Positions 1 through 12,472 of a stretch of 64,000 bases of DNA are shown piece after piece (positions within the stretch are counted from its first letter, which is position 1; the number at the start of each line of letters is the position of its first letter). The notes beneath the pieces are model-generated. The model worked only from the letters and a program-made list of their open reading frames with translations. It had not been told where the DNA came from and made no database searches. This DNA comes from the human T2T-CHM13v2.0 reference genome, Homo sapiens: the NCBI RefSeq assembly GCF_009914755.1, contig NC_060931.1; one strand, written 5' to 3'. Position numbers and translations under genes: made by a program.

Positions 1-830
1 CACATATGCTAGTGCACTTGATGTCTCATGTATGTCAGAGGCACAGTTTATTTTTCTGTTCAGTTTTTTCTCTGTGTTCTTTAGATTGAATACTTCTATT
101 GATTGATCTTCAAGCACACTAATTTTTTTTTGCCATCTTGCAAGCCCTCATGTAATGAATTTTTCATTTCCGCAGTCATACTTTTTAATTCTAAATTTTC
201 CATTTTTTAAATAATTTCTGTCTCTTCATTGAGGTTTTGTGTTTTGAGTCACTATTATTATCCTTTTCTTCAATTCTTTACACATAGTTGTCTTTATTTC
301 TTTGACTGCATTTATATTATATAATATATAAACCGTTGAAAGATTTATATTATATAATATATAAACTGTTGAAAGATAATATATAAACCATCTTTATGTC
401 TTTGAATGTATTTATATTATATAATATATAAACCATTGAAAGATATTTATATTATAGTTTATCTTTCAACGGTTTATATAAGTATTAAAATATATATATT
501 AAATTATATATAGTTATATTATACAAATATATAATATAAATATATATTTATATTATAAAAAGCTTTGAAGTCTTTGTTATATCTAACATCTGGGGACACT
601 CAGTGACGGTTTCCATTGACTTTTTTTTTTCTGAGTATGGGTCACCCTTTCCTGTTTCATTGGATGTCTTGTAAGTTTGTGTTGAAAACAAACACTTCAG
701 GTAATATATTGCAGCAGTTCTGGATGCTGATTTGTATTCCCAAGAGTTGCTAGTATTGCTGGGTTTTGTTGTTGTTGTTGTTTGTGTAGTAATTGACCTG
801 GACTGAAGCTGTGAAATTCATTTTCCCCTG
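1..830 (-). mobile_element. Old L1 (L1M-type) fragment interrupted by an AT-rich local duplication
   Basis: T-rich degenerate sequence typical of antisense L1. Confidence 0.5.
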
Positions 831-831
831 A

Positions 832-1083
<252 letters not shown>

Positions 1084-2461
1084 TAGATTACCTCTGTGTT
1101 TGCATAGCTCTGTGGTCAGTCAGTGATTGGTTTGGGGTTGTTTCCAAATACCTTGAGCCAGTCAGGCCTACACATGCTGTTGATAGATCTGCATGTGGGT
1201 CTGTAAGCACATCCAAAGATCGGGTAGTTTTCAGGCCTGACCTGGTTTCTACTTTTTTCCAGACCCTCTTTTGTCTCCTCTGCATATGCCTACAGGCTTT
1301 CAGCAGGCCAGAAATTTGTGAATTGCTTGGGCCCTCTCTGCTGTCCCCTGTGTATGTGTGGTACCCATCCACTGGGCACATGTGGAAGGCTTATCAGGTA
1401 TCTCTATGACTGTCATATTTCATGCAACTCTCTGTCAGATTCCCAGCTAGTCTACTGGTGTATTGCTGCCCCAGTCAGGATCACAGCTTAAGCCTGGTAG
1501 AACCACTGGCTTTCCCCATTCACTTGCCACCGAGATTGCTGCTTCTTACTGACAGCACTTCTGCCAGACGAGAGTCTGTGCCTTCTGCTTCAAATAAAAT
1601 CAGCCCCTGACAGCAAAGCTGCTAGTTTTTATGATTTGCCTTGCCCTGCCCTGCCCTGTGGGAATGACTGCATTAACTGAGTTGGGGGGAGGTGCGGGGG
1701 GAGATGGGAGAGCTTCAGGTAAGAACTCCACAGATTCCCCCTGTCTTAGCCTAAGTTAAGCAGTTTTTCATGAATGAAGGCCTTTGGTTAATTTCAAGGA
1801 TGTGGAAATGATTGTTTTTGAGAATTTGGAGTAGCTTTATAGTTGTTTTTTGGAGAGAAGATTTGGTGACCTTTTCACTATTCTATGCCAGAATTCCCAC
1901 CCTGTGGTATTTTTTTTTTTTAAACAAAACTTAAAAAAGGGTAGCATATGCAATTCCATGAAGTACCACAAAGTGAAATTTATGTAGGAACCATCTAGCT
2001 CAAGAAATAAAAATGATACTTGTATCTCAGAAGCCCCCCACCCCATCTCCTCCTGATCACTACCCTTCTCTCCTCCAGGGGAATCTCACAACTGCATAGG
2101 ACTGTACAGTTGTCTCAAAATAGAAAATTTAATTCTAAGGAAATAAAATAATGCCATTGAAAATGGATGGTATATTTCAATAAAAGGGGTAAGATCAACT
2201 GGATTAGTATACCTGGAAAAAACTGAAACTTGATGCCTACCTCACACCATAGATTAAAAAATTAATTCTGGAAGAATTAAAGGTCTAAATGTTAAATCTA
2301 AAACAATCTTTTAAAAGCCTTTGATATTGTCAGTCCTTTTAAATTTTAGCATTACTAGTGAACACCTTTTCATAAGTTTATTGGCCATTTGGATATTTGT
2401 ATGTCATTTTTTTGTGACCTATCTGTTTAAAAGTCATATTTGTCTTTTTTCTTTTATTTGT

Positions 2462-2733
2462 TTATTTTTTTTATAGAGACAGGGTCTTACTATGTTGCCC
2501 AGACTGGTGTCAGACTTCCTGCTCAAGTAATCCTCCCACCTCAGCATCCCACATAGCTGGGACTACAGGCACATGCCACCATGCCTGGCTAATTTTTTTT
2601 TTTTTTTTTTTTTTTGTAGAGACAGAGTCTCCCTGTGTTGCCCAGACGGGTCTCAAATTCCTGGACTTAAGCGATTCTCCTACGTTGGTCTCCCAAAGTG
2701 CTGGGATTACAGGTATGAGCCACTGCACCTGGC
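2462..2733 (-). mobile_element. Old Alu (AluJ-like) hosting the exonised UTR exon
   Basis: Two Alu arms separated by an expanded T-tract, ending cccaaagtgctgggattacaggtatgagccactgcacctggcc. Confidence 0.9.
2620..2712 (+). other. ELFN1: Non-coding 5'-UTR exon of ELFN1 (93 nt), exonised antisense Alu left arm
   Basis: T23 tract plus GTAG acceptor (AG 2618-2619) and donor CAG|GTATGA (GT 2713). The 93-nt length fits my recollection of the ELFN1 5'-UTR exon sizes (93/162/293 nt). Confidence 0.7.
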
Positions 2734-2734
2734 C

Positions 2735-3760
2735 CCATTTTTCTATTGAGTTGCATTCTTTATATGTTTGTAGGAATTCTTTATATATCTAGTAATTCTT
2801 AATTTTTTGATTACATATGTTGAAAATATCTTCTCTCATTCCATGGCTTGCCATTTCACTCTTTCAGTCATGTATTTTAATGAGAAGAAGTTCTTCATTT
2901 TAATGTTACTCAAGTTCTCCTCCATGGTTAGCACTTTCTGTTAGCTTATAAAGAAATCTTTTCTCACCTTAAGTTCTTGAAGATGCTCTTCTATGTAATC
3001 TTCTAGGAGCTTTATTGTTTTACACCTGACATTTAGACTTTTAATCCACCTGTAATTTTTTATCTATGGCGTGAGATGTAAGGATCAAGTGTCAGTTCTT
3101 CCTAGGTATACTAATCCAGTTGATTTTACCCCTTTTATTGAAAAATACCATCCATTTTCAATGACATTATTTTATTTCCTTAAAATTAAATTTTCTATTT
3201 TAAGACAATTGTACAGTCCCTTGCAATTGTGAGAATAATACAGAGAGATCTCATGTACCCTTTATCCAGTTCCCCCCAGTGGCAACATCTTACAAAACTA
3301 TAGTACAGTGTCACAACCAGGATATTGACAGTGATACAGTCCAGATACAGAAAAGTCCCATCCCACAAATATTTCTCTTGTTACCCTTTTATAGCCATGC
3401 CCCCTTCCCTCACCCCATCCCATCTCTGACCTCTGGTCACTGCTAATCCATTCTCCATTTCTATAATTTTGTCTTTTCAAGTACAAATGCTCCTCAATTT
3501 ATGATAGAGTTACATCCTGATAAACACATCATAAGTCAACAATATGTCAAAAATGCATTTAATACCCCAATAAACCCATTATAAAGTAAAAAAATTATAA
3601 ATCAAAGCATCGTTAAGTCAGGGACTGTCAGTCTGCTGTGTAAATGGAATCACACAGTATGTAACATTTTGGGATTACATTTGTTTTCCCCCACAAGATT
3701 CCCTGGTGATTCATTCAAGTTGTGATGCTTATAGTTTGTTCTTTTCTGTAATTGAGTAGT
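2735..3760 (-). mobile_element. Old L1 fragments (L1M/L1MB-MC-like)
   Basis: Characteristic antisense L1 3'-region text, e.g. aatggaatcacacagtatgtaacattttggg and tcattcaagttgtg. Confidence 0.6.
3483..3630. mobile_element. MER47/Tigger-family DNA transposon MITE
   Basis: tacaaatgctcctcaatttatgatagagttacatcctgataaac... resembles the MER47 terminus, with a complementary catcgttaagtcagggactgtc at the other end. Confidence 0.55.
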
Positions 3761-4604
3761 GACATTATTTCTTAACCTGGGCCTCTCTACTCAGCATACT
3801 GTATGTAGTGTGTATATATGTGTGCATGCTCACGCATGTGTGTGCTTCTGTGACTGTGGAAATATAATTTCAGCATTGCACAGGCTTGTAGTCACCATTC
3901 CAGTCATCTAATGTGTCTGAGGGCTCAGAGCTCAGATGGATAAGTGAGGGGAACAAAAGATGAGGTGAGACGCTGGGAGGAACACAGATTCCCGGCTCAG
4001 TCCCCAAGCCACTGGTTGCTAAGGAACCATGAATACATTTCTGGGATTGCAGACTGACCCTGTTCCCCTGGGATCTGCAGAGGGCTCAGCTGGGCAGGCC
4101 TGGTTCCACCTTTGCTGGGGGCTGGGCCTGGTGCACTACAGACCCTTGAGATGCTGTGGAATTGGTGACAAGGGAAAAGCATATCCTGTCTCCTTATTTT
4201 TAATCATGTTGAATCTCCTAACAACATTATCCATTTACAGCGCCTTGAGCCAGCCAACTTCCCTGGCATGGCCCAGTTTGAAGCCTCTGCAATCACGTGC
4301 CCATTACAGGTGGCGAGTGCTACACTGAGATGAGTGTCTTGCCCAGATTCACACCTTCCTGAAGCAGAGCCAATGGGGAGTCCTCTGGTTCTTTAGCTTT
4401 TGGTTGTCTCCATGAGACCTAGAGTGGTAACAGGAGCTCTTCCCCAAGCAGTCAGGGATCTGAGCCAATGCAGTCACAGAATGGGAACCCCTTGAGCCCT
4501 CTGGACACCTGGCATCTGGAGAGGGCATTAGGTTAGGAATTGGGGATTGGGACTCTAGCCCTAGCACACAACTGGCACATTCCCTTCTTGACATATGCAT
4601 CATC

Positions 4605-5522
4605 AGATGGAGGGGTGGATGAATGTATACATGGATGGACTGATGGATGGGTGGATGGATGCATGGGTTGATGGATGGGCGGGTGGATGGATGAGCAAGT
4701 GGATGGATGGATGGATAGGTGAGTGGATGGATGGGTGGGTAAATGGATGAATGGATGAATAAGTGAATGGATGGATAGTTGATGGGTGAATGGATGGAAG
4801 AAAGATGAGTGGGTGGATGGGTAGGTGGGTGAGTGGGTAGGTGGATAGGTGGATGGGTGGATGGGTGGATTGGTGGGTGGGTGGATGCTAGAAGGATATA
4901 TGGATGATGGATGGATGGATGGGTGGGTGGGTGAATGGATGAATGGATAGGTGAGTGGCTGGATGGGTGGATGAATGGATGGATGAATGGGTGAATGGAT
5001 GGATGAAGGATGAATGGATGGATGGATAGGTAGATGGTTGAGTGGGTGGGTAGATAGGTGGATGGATAAATGGATGGATTGGTGGGTGGATGCTAGACAG
5101 ATATATGGATGATGGATGGATGGGTGAGTGTGAATGGATGAATGGATAGGTGGGTGGATGGATGGATGAATGGATAAATGGATGGATGAAGGATGAATGG
5201 ATGAATGGGTGGGTGGAGAGGTGGGTGGATGGGTGGATGGGTGGATGCTAGAAGGATATATGGATGATGAATGGATGGATGGATGGGCGGGTGTGTGAAT
5301 TGATGAATGGATAGGTGGGTGGGTGGATGGATGGATGGGTGGATGAATGGGTGAATGGATGGATGAAGGATGAGTGGGTGGAGAGGTGGATGGATGGATG
5401 AATTGGTGGGTAAGTGGGTGGATGCTAGAAGGATATATGGATGATGAATGGATGAATGGATGCCTGAATGAGGGAGGATGTAGATTAATGATGATGGAAG
5501 TAGATAATGAATGAGTGGATGA
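4605..5522. repeat. (GGAT/GGGT/GAAT)n simple repeat with higher-order blocks
   Basis: About 900 bp of TGGA-type tetramers. It explains the His/Pro-rich ORFs at 4533-5558 and 5093-5527. Confidence 0.95.
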
Positions 5523-7369
5523 TACATACAGAGACCTACAGGGACTGGAAAAATACAATGTCAGTATGGACAGGAGCTTGGAAGAAATGGGAGTGTAGAA
5601 GTCCCCCAGGTAAAGAGGCTAATGTCACCAAATGGCAAATGGAGATAATGAGGCCCCCAGAAGTGGCTTGTCCAAGCCCAGGGAGTCAGAGAGCGACAGA
5701 GTTGGGACCCAAACTTGACCGTGCCTAAGTCCAGATCCAGGCTTCCCTCTCCACTGCTTCACATCTGCAGACAGCAGGGTCTAAACCAGGAGCCAGGGGC
5801 CTCCGGGATGCCGACACTGATCCCAGCAGACAGGAGGTCTGTTTGCACCCTCGGAGGTTGATGCAGGGAGTCTGGGAGTCAGGGCTCTGCAGTCTCCACC
5901 CAAGGCTGCCACCTTCTGCTCTGCAGCCTTGGGTGCTTACTCCTGGCAACAAGCATTGATTGAGCACCAGCTGTTTTTGGCACTAAACGTTAGGCCCTGG
6001 GCTGGACCCTGAGATATTCGGTTGGGTAAGCGCTGTGGTCCCTGATGTTAGGGGACTTATGGCCCTCCCTCAGCTTCCTCATCTGTAAAATGGGCAGGGG
6101 GTTAGAATCGACACCTCTGAAGGCTGTGTTAGGCTGGAATTCCCAGCTTCAGGGATCCAGGCCCGACCCACTGCTCCCACAGCCCAGGCCTGACCCACTG
6201 CCAGCTCTGCATCCCACAAGCTGGCCACCGGGTAGGTCTCTGTTGGCATCAGTGGCCGGTGAGAGCCGAGGGCGTCGTGGAGATCCATGTGAACCATGGC
6301 CTCCCTGTGCAGCTGTCTGAACCCCACACCTGGGACATTGCCAGGCTGTGTCTAAAGGCTGGGCCAGGGAGCCCAGGAAATGTTTAACTTTGAAAAATGG
6401 ACCTTCACAGCTCATTAAGCCTCAGCGGCGCCTCGGGCGGTGTGGGGAAGAAGGAGATGCCAGGGCATGAAATTGCTGAGGTATTTAAAGGCCGATTCTG
6501 CATTCCTGACCAGCAATGTCTGCCTGCCAAGGCCAGCAGTACCAGGCTCCAGGCTGGGCTGGCGCAGTGGTGCTCACGTGCCCAGGATGGCCACGATGGC
6601 TGGTGGGCGGGGGAGTGCCGGGCATGAGGGACTCCTTTCATCTCTGAGTGCCATGACCCTCCTGGCATCTGCTATTTCCTGCCTTCGTGACCTTCGACGA
6701 GACACTTTTTGCTGCTGGGCCTCAGTTTCTCCACTTTCACTGTGGTCTGTGTGCCAAGTAGCACTCCTATTTTTAGAAGCAGAAGCTGGTTATAAACTGC
6801 ACAGATCTGTCTGGCCTGCCCTGCCAAGGCCGGATTGCCAGAGGGTTCTGTGAGTACCGATCGTGGCTGCAGGGACGGGCTGGGCTGCGCTGTGGAGTCT
6901 GGGCTGAGGGCTGCTCCCTCTGGCCGTCTGGGTCCGCTCAGGGCTCACGGCAGTGTAGGGCACACCTCTCTCCCAAGCCTGGGCCGGGAGGGCCTTGCAA
7001 CAGGCAGAGTAGAGAGGAGTGGGGCTGGGAGCTTAGGGATCTTGAATTGGGGGTGCATCTGCATGGAGCTGGGGAAGAGACAGCCAAGAAAGATCGGGGC
7101 TGATCAGCAGAGGCAGGCAACACCGTGGCACTTGAAACATGGAAAATTGCCTTCGTCATGTACGCTAGATGCAGAGGCATAAACAGGGCATACCCAGGGC
7201 CAGCGGCCCACCTGCCGGCTGCACCTGCCCCTGGCTGGGTGGAGTGGGAAGGGAGATTTTTGAGGCCCTCCTGGGGCTCCCTCCCCTCAACCTCACCAGC
7301 TCCCTGACTCTGCTGTGTGACCTAGGGTCAGTTACCTTACGTCTCTGAGCTTCTATTAATATTTCCTTC

Positions 7370-8900
7370 ATCGGAAACTACGGACGTTTCTTTAATTCCT
7401 AGGTCTGAGGACTGTGGAATCAAAGGAGAGAAAGTGAAAGAACGCCCAGTGGGGGCCACATCAGCTTCCGCCTCTATGTACCCTGCAGGGAACGGCAGGG
7501 ACCTCACAAGGCAGGCCTGGGCCTGCGCCACGCTCTGCCATGTGCTGGCCGGGCTGTTACTCTCTCAGCCTCAGTTTTGTTGTCTGTAAAATGGGCGCAG
7601 GTCAGCCTCTCCCTGTGAACAAGGCTGTGAGGATTCAGCCCCAGCTGGGCTGGCCCGTCCTTCACCCTCCTTAAGGGGTGCAGGCCCCCAGGAAGTGACT
7701 GCCCATGCAGACCCCTAGTGACCAGATGCTGGGTTCCGCTGGGGTCCTGGTAGTGGGCAGTGCAGGCCCTGGAGATGTTCATGGCCGCGTGGACACCTTA
7801 AGAGTCCAGCAGACGTGGGGTTAGGAAGAGAGGATGTACTGGCTGGGGAAAGGAACGCCCATCGGGGCAGCCTCAGAAAGTGCCCGATTCCAAGAGTCTG
7901 GGCAGGCGTGGGCTTGGACTGCCCAGTGTGCCTGGACAGCCGTGTACACACACTGGTGTGCCTGAGTAGGTATGTGCACATATGTGTACACATAGGTGAC
8001 ATGGGCTTAGACTGCCTGGTGCACCCAGACAGGTGCGTGCCGCAGGGACAGAGTATACGATGTGTGGTGTGGGGCGTGACCCACTTCCTGGTGCAAGAAC
8101 ACATACACGCCTGTGGACGTAGCCTTGCTGGGTGTGTGCACATCTGCAGAGGGGTCGGTGTACACCGCTGTGTGAACACCTCCGGCGGTGCCCAGTCCGT
8201 GTGAACACATGCAGGTGAGCACAGACACATGCGTGCATGCCCTCTGTGTGTCTACAGACAGCTGTGTGCGCCACACTCACCCTCCCGCTCGTCCCCATGG
8301 CAACCCCAGAGCAGGTGTCTGGGAGACCCTGATCAGTGCTGACAGACACGGGGTGCGGGACACGTGGGATGGGCCTCCCCAGGGACGGCTGGGCCAATCG
8401 GGGTTCCTGGGCAGAGGCTCCAGCAGGAGTGAGAGTGCTTCCTCCTCCCCAGTCCATGCCACCTCCTCCTGCGTGCCGGCAAGGTGGGCAGCACTCGGGA
8501 AGCCCCCGTCTGGCTGTGATTCTTGCAGGGCGATTGGAGCAATACAGCCCTGTCTGGCCTGTCCGTGCACCGACGCTTAGAGCTGAACAGCCTTCAGGGC
8601 CACAGACTCAGCAGGGAGCGCCCAGTCTGTGGTCCTGGTCTCACTTCCTAGAAAGAGAAACCGAGGCTTGAAGCAGCTCCAGCCAGGGTTCCCCAGCCAG
8701 CCCCGGCAGACCCAGGCCCCTCACACTCCACCATGCCCACCTCCATCTGGAAGGAGGCAGGGAGCCCCCAGGTCCCAGGCTTGGGAGGCCGGTGCCGGGC
8801 AGGGCTGGGGAATGCCATCACCTTAAACCCACACTGGCCTCCCTGCGGGTGGTTTTCCTGCCTCCCTTTGCCGTTTTGCTGGTTATCAAAGACCTTTGCT
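7370..8900 (-). ncRNA. Possible intronic antisense non-coding transcript (position resembles LNCRI/LOC401296 as recalled)
   Basis: Minus-strand ATTAAA at 7396-7391 and a motif-rich promoter-like segment at 8860-9000. Identity rests on memory only. Confidence 0.3.
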
Positions 8901-10026
8901 GCGAGACCCAGGCCGGCCCAGCCCAGCGCCTCCCATCCTCCTGTGAAGTCATCCGCTCAGTTGGCAGGGTTCCCATGGCAACGGCAGTGATGTCACAAAG
9001 AGCTGGAGGAGGATGGCTGGAGGGAGGAGTGGGGTGAGGCTCCGGGAGGGGATTCCTGGCTTCTCCCAGGCCTTCTAGAAAGATAGAGCTCTGGTCCATC
9101 AGTCACTCAATAGGCCGGAGCTTATGCCCCTAGAAGCAGATCCCAGGGGTACCCCCCACCTCCCTGAGACAGGAAACCATCTCCTTGAAGGAGTCAGCTC
9201 CCCCAGCACCCAGACGCCCACCTGCCCAGGTGCAGAGGCCCTTGCAGGAGCGAGGGTATGAGACAGGAGGCCCTGACACCAAGACGTCACTGTCACCATG
9301 CCTGGCCCGCACAGCGGTCCTTTGCCAAACTTAGACTGACTCTGAGGGCTGCTGGCTGCACACCCTCCAGGGTGCATTCGAGACCACCTGTCAGCTGCCC
9401 TGCACTTGAGTTTCTTGATCTCCACTGCTATTAATAGTTTAATTCCAGAACCAAAGAAACTGTCTGTTCCACAGAAGTGGGGGACTCTGAGAGTCTCCCT
9501 GACCCTGGCTGCCAACAGCAGCCTGTGCCCAGCTGGGACAAATTCCAGCTCCCTGCCCTCCCTGTTGAGTGCTGCAGAGGGGCGTCGGGCGTCGTGCACA
9601 TGTGCCCATCCCCCTCACTTTGAGTTACGCTGCAGACGGCTCCGGATGCACGTGGCTGTGCCAGGCAGCAGACGTGGCCGACAGGCACATGGTGGGACCT
9701 GCTCTGTGGCTCCAGAGCTCATGCGCAGCCCGCTGGGGCTGTGAGGGTTCTGTCCATCCACCAGGAAGGCCACCAGGACCCTGCTCCTGCCTGAGAACCC
9801 CAGGAAGTAGTAGCGTGCCAGGTGCGTGGCCGGCCTCCCAGCCCTTCCCAGCACCAGCTGCGTCCTCCTCCTCCAGGGCTGCAGCTCAGGGCTCAGGTGT
9901 CCGCGTCGAGGGCACTCCCTAAAGGGCAGGAGCAGGACCATTGGCACAAGCCTGGGCGAGTCTCGCTGGGAGGCAGGAGCAGACTCAGCCCGCCAAGCCC
10001 ATGAACCCCACTTTGAAAACTGTGCA

Positions 10027-10335
10027 GCCGTGCGCGGCCACTCACACCTGTAATTCCAGCACTTTGGGAGGCTGAGGCGGGCAGATCACCTGAGGCCAGG
10101 AGTTCAAGACAAGCCTGGCCAACATGGAGAAACCCCGTCTCTACTAAAAAATACAAAAATTAGCCGGGCGTTGTGGTGGACACCTGTAATCCCAGTTACT
10201 TGGGAGGCTGAGGCAGGGAGAATTGTTTGAACCCAGGAGGTGGAGGTTGCAGTGAGCCGAGATCGCGCCACTGCACTGCAGCCTGGGTGACAGAGCGAGA
10301 CTCCGTGTCAAAAAAAAAAAAAAAAAAAAAAAAAA
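10027..10335 (+). mobile_element. Alu (AluS)
   Basis: Full dimer with A-tail. Confidence 0.95.
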
Positions 10336-10559
10336 CCGTGCTGGTTTGGTTTCACTGACTCCCATTCATTTATTCACAAACATTTACTCAGCAAATCTTG
10401 TTGGGCCCGCCAGGCCCTAGGGTTACCAGACAAAGTCTGTTTCCTCCTGGAGTGTGCATTTATTAAATACCTACTGTATGCCGAGCCCCAGGCTGGTTTA
10501 GATGTGGGGGCACAGCAGTGAGCAGGGCAGACCTGACTCCTGCCTGCCTTTGTCGGCCC

Positions 10560-10720
10560 CGGCTCTCATAACAAAAGCGGGACACTGGAGTCTAGACAGC
10601 AGCACACATTGTCTCCCCGCCCTGAGACTGGAAGTCTGGGATCGGGTGCCAGCGGGGTTGGTTCTAGGAGGGCCAGTGTCCTGGTTTGCAGATGGCTACC
10701 TTCTCACCGTGTCCTCCCAA
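10560..10720. mobile_element. MaLR (MLT1-type) LTR fragment, continuing at about 11270-11420
   Basis: ctggaagtctgggatcgggtgccagc...ttgcagatggctaccttctcaccgtgtcctc, resuming after the Alu as ctaatcccatcgtgggccccaccctcatgacctc. Confidence 0.6.
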
Positions 10721-10723
10721 GAC

Positions 10724-10922
10724 AGAGAGAGAGAGAGAGTGTGTGTGTGTGTGTGTGCGTGTGTATGTGAGAGAGAGAGGGAGAAAGAAAGAGACAGAGG
10801 GAGAGAGAGAGAAAGAGGGTGAGAGGGAGAGAAAGAGATGGAGAGAGAGAGAGAGAGAGGGAGAGAGAAAGAGGGAGGGAGAGATGGAGAGAGAGAGGGA
10901 AAGAGAGACAGGGAGAGAGAGG
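10724..10922. repeat. (GA)n/(GT)n compound microsatellite
   Basis: Seen directly; it explains the ERERE ORFs. Confidence 0.95.
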
Positions 10923-10954
10923 GCATGCAGATGCCCTGGTGTCTTTCTTTCTTT

Positions 10955-11266
10955 CTTTTTTTTTTTTTTTTCCAGAGATGGTCTCCCTCTGTCACCCGGG
11001 CTGGAGTGCAGTGACACAATCACAGATCACTGCAGCCTCCACCTCCTGGGCTCAAGCCATCCTCCCACCTCAGGTTCCATAGTAGCTGGGACCACAGGTG
11101 CGTGCCACCACACCCATGCACTAACTATTGTTTAAAACTTTTTTCTGTGGAGATGGAGTTTCGCTATGTTGCCCAGGCTAGTCTTGAACTCCTGGCTCAA
11201 TCAGTCCTCCTGCCTCAGCCTCCCAAAGTGTTGAGATTACTCGTGTGAGCCACGGTGCCCAGCCTG
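10955..11266 (-). mobile_element. Alu (AluJ)
   Basis: Antisense Alu dimer with J-type diagnostics (ctcctgggctcaagccatcctcccacc). Confidence 0.9.
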
Positions 11267-12357
11267 GCATCCTTCCTTGTAAAGGCTCTAATCCCATCGT
11301 GGGCCCCACCCTCATGACCTCGGCTAACTCCGATCACCTCCCAGAGAACCCGCTGCCTCCTCTCATCAGCCGGGGGCCAGGGCTTCATCCCAGGGATGCT
11401 GGGCACACTTCAGCCCACGGCACTGCCCTTAAGGAGCTGAGGGTCCGGTGGGATGACTCGAGCAAAGGAAGGCATTAGGAAAACAACGAGGGCCACAGGA
11501 AATGACCACGAGCAATGCACTAGCAGGGACTGCTCGTCCCCTTTCAGTGGGGCAGGCTGGGAGGCTTCTCAGAGGAGGTGACTCGCCCAGGCTGGGGTCC
11601 AAGGCCCAGCGCCCCTCACTGGCTTTGTGACCTTGGAGAAGCTGCTACCCTGTTTGATCTGGGCTTCGCGGCAGGGGTGAGATAGCCTAGAGGTAGTGCT
11701 GGAGATGAGGATGGCAACTTGTGCCTCCCCAGGCAGGGCAGAGAGGAGCCCCCCACCCCTCCAGGCAGGAGAGAGGCCAGGTCTAGAGGGGAAAGGGGAG
11801 GGTCTCACGCCCATATTCCCATCCATGGACACGCACAGGGCCTGAGACCCCTGCTCGGCTGCCGCAGAGTGTGGGACTCAGAGAGGAACAGTCGCGCCCC
11901 TGCCCCCTCCTCCACGGGGATATCTGGGCTGCTGGAGGGGCCTGTGCAGGGAGGAGCCGGTGCTGGGAGCACCCTGGGGCCTGCACTCCCTGCTCTGTGG
12001 GTAGGACTGAGCACCGCTGGGTTGACCCTGCCTGCCAGGTCCCGGCACAGCCGAGGCCAGCCCGGTGTATAGCACGTGTTTAGGGTCTGGGTTCCCAGCT
12101 TCCCACTGGCCTTGTCTTAGCCTGTCTTCTCGTCCACGCACCCAGGGGTACAATTGGGAAAATCGGTATTTGCCAAATTTGCAACAACTGCTGTGTGATC
12201 TGAGACCCTTCTCTAGGGCGGTGTCCACTTCCTGCCCCCACCCCTCCTCCTTCCGGGACTTTATCTCTGTTTTTCACCCTGATCAGGGCTGCCTGCCCGT
12301 GAACACATCAAGGCATGTGTCACCTGAACAGATTTTTAAAAATTGTTTAATCGTAAT

Positions 12358-12472
12358 TTATTTGAGAGACAGGGTCTCTCTCTTTCGCCCAGGCTGGAGT
12401 GCAGTGGTGCAATCATGGCTCACGGCAGCCTTGAACTCCTGACTTCAAGTGATCCTCCCGCCTCAGCCTCCA
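12358..12472 (-). mobile_element. Truncated Alu fragment
   Basis: gagacagggtctctctctttcgcccaggctggagtgcagtgg...cctcagcctcc. Confidence 0.85.

Noticed and set aside
4533-5558. 341-aa His/Pro/Ser-rich ORF
   Set aside because: Translation of the (GGAT)n simple repeat.
7873-8457. 194-aa minus-strand ATG ORF
   Set aside because: Runs through CA/TG low-complexity sequence with no recognisable domain or codon bias. At most it is an ORF within a possible lncRNA.
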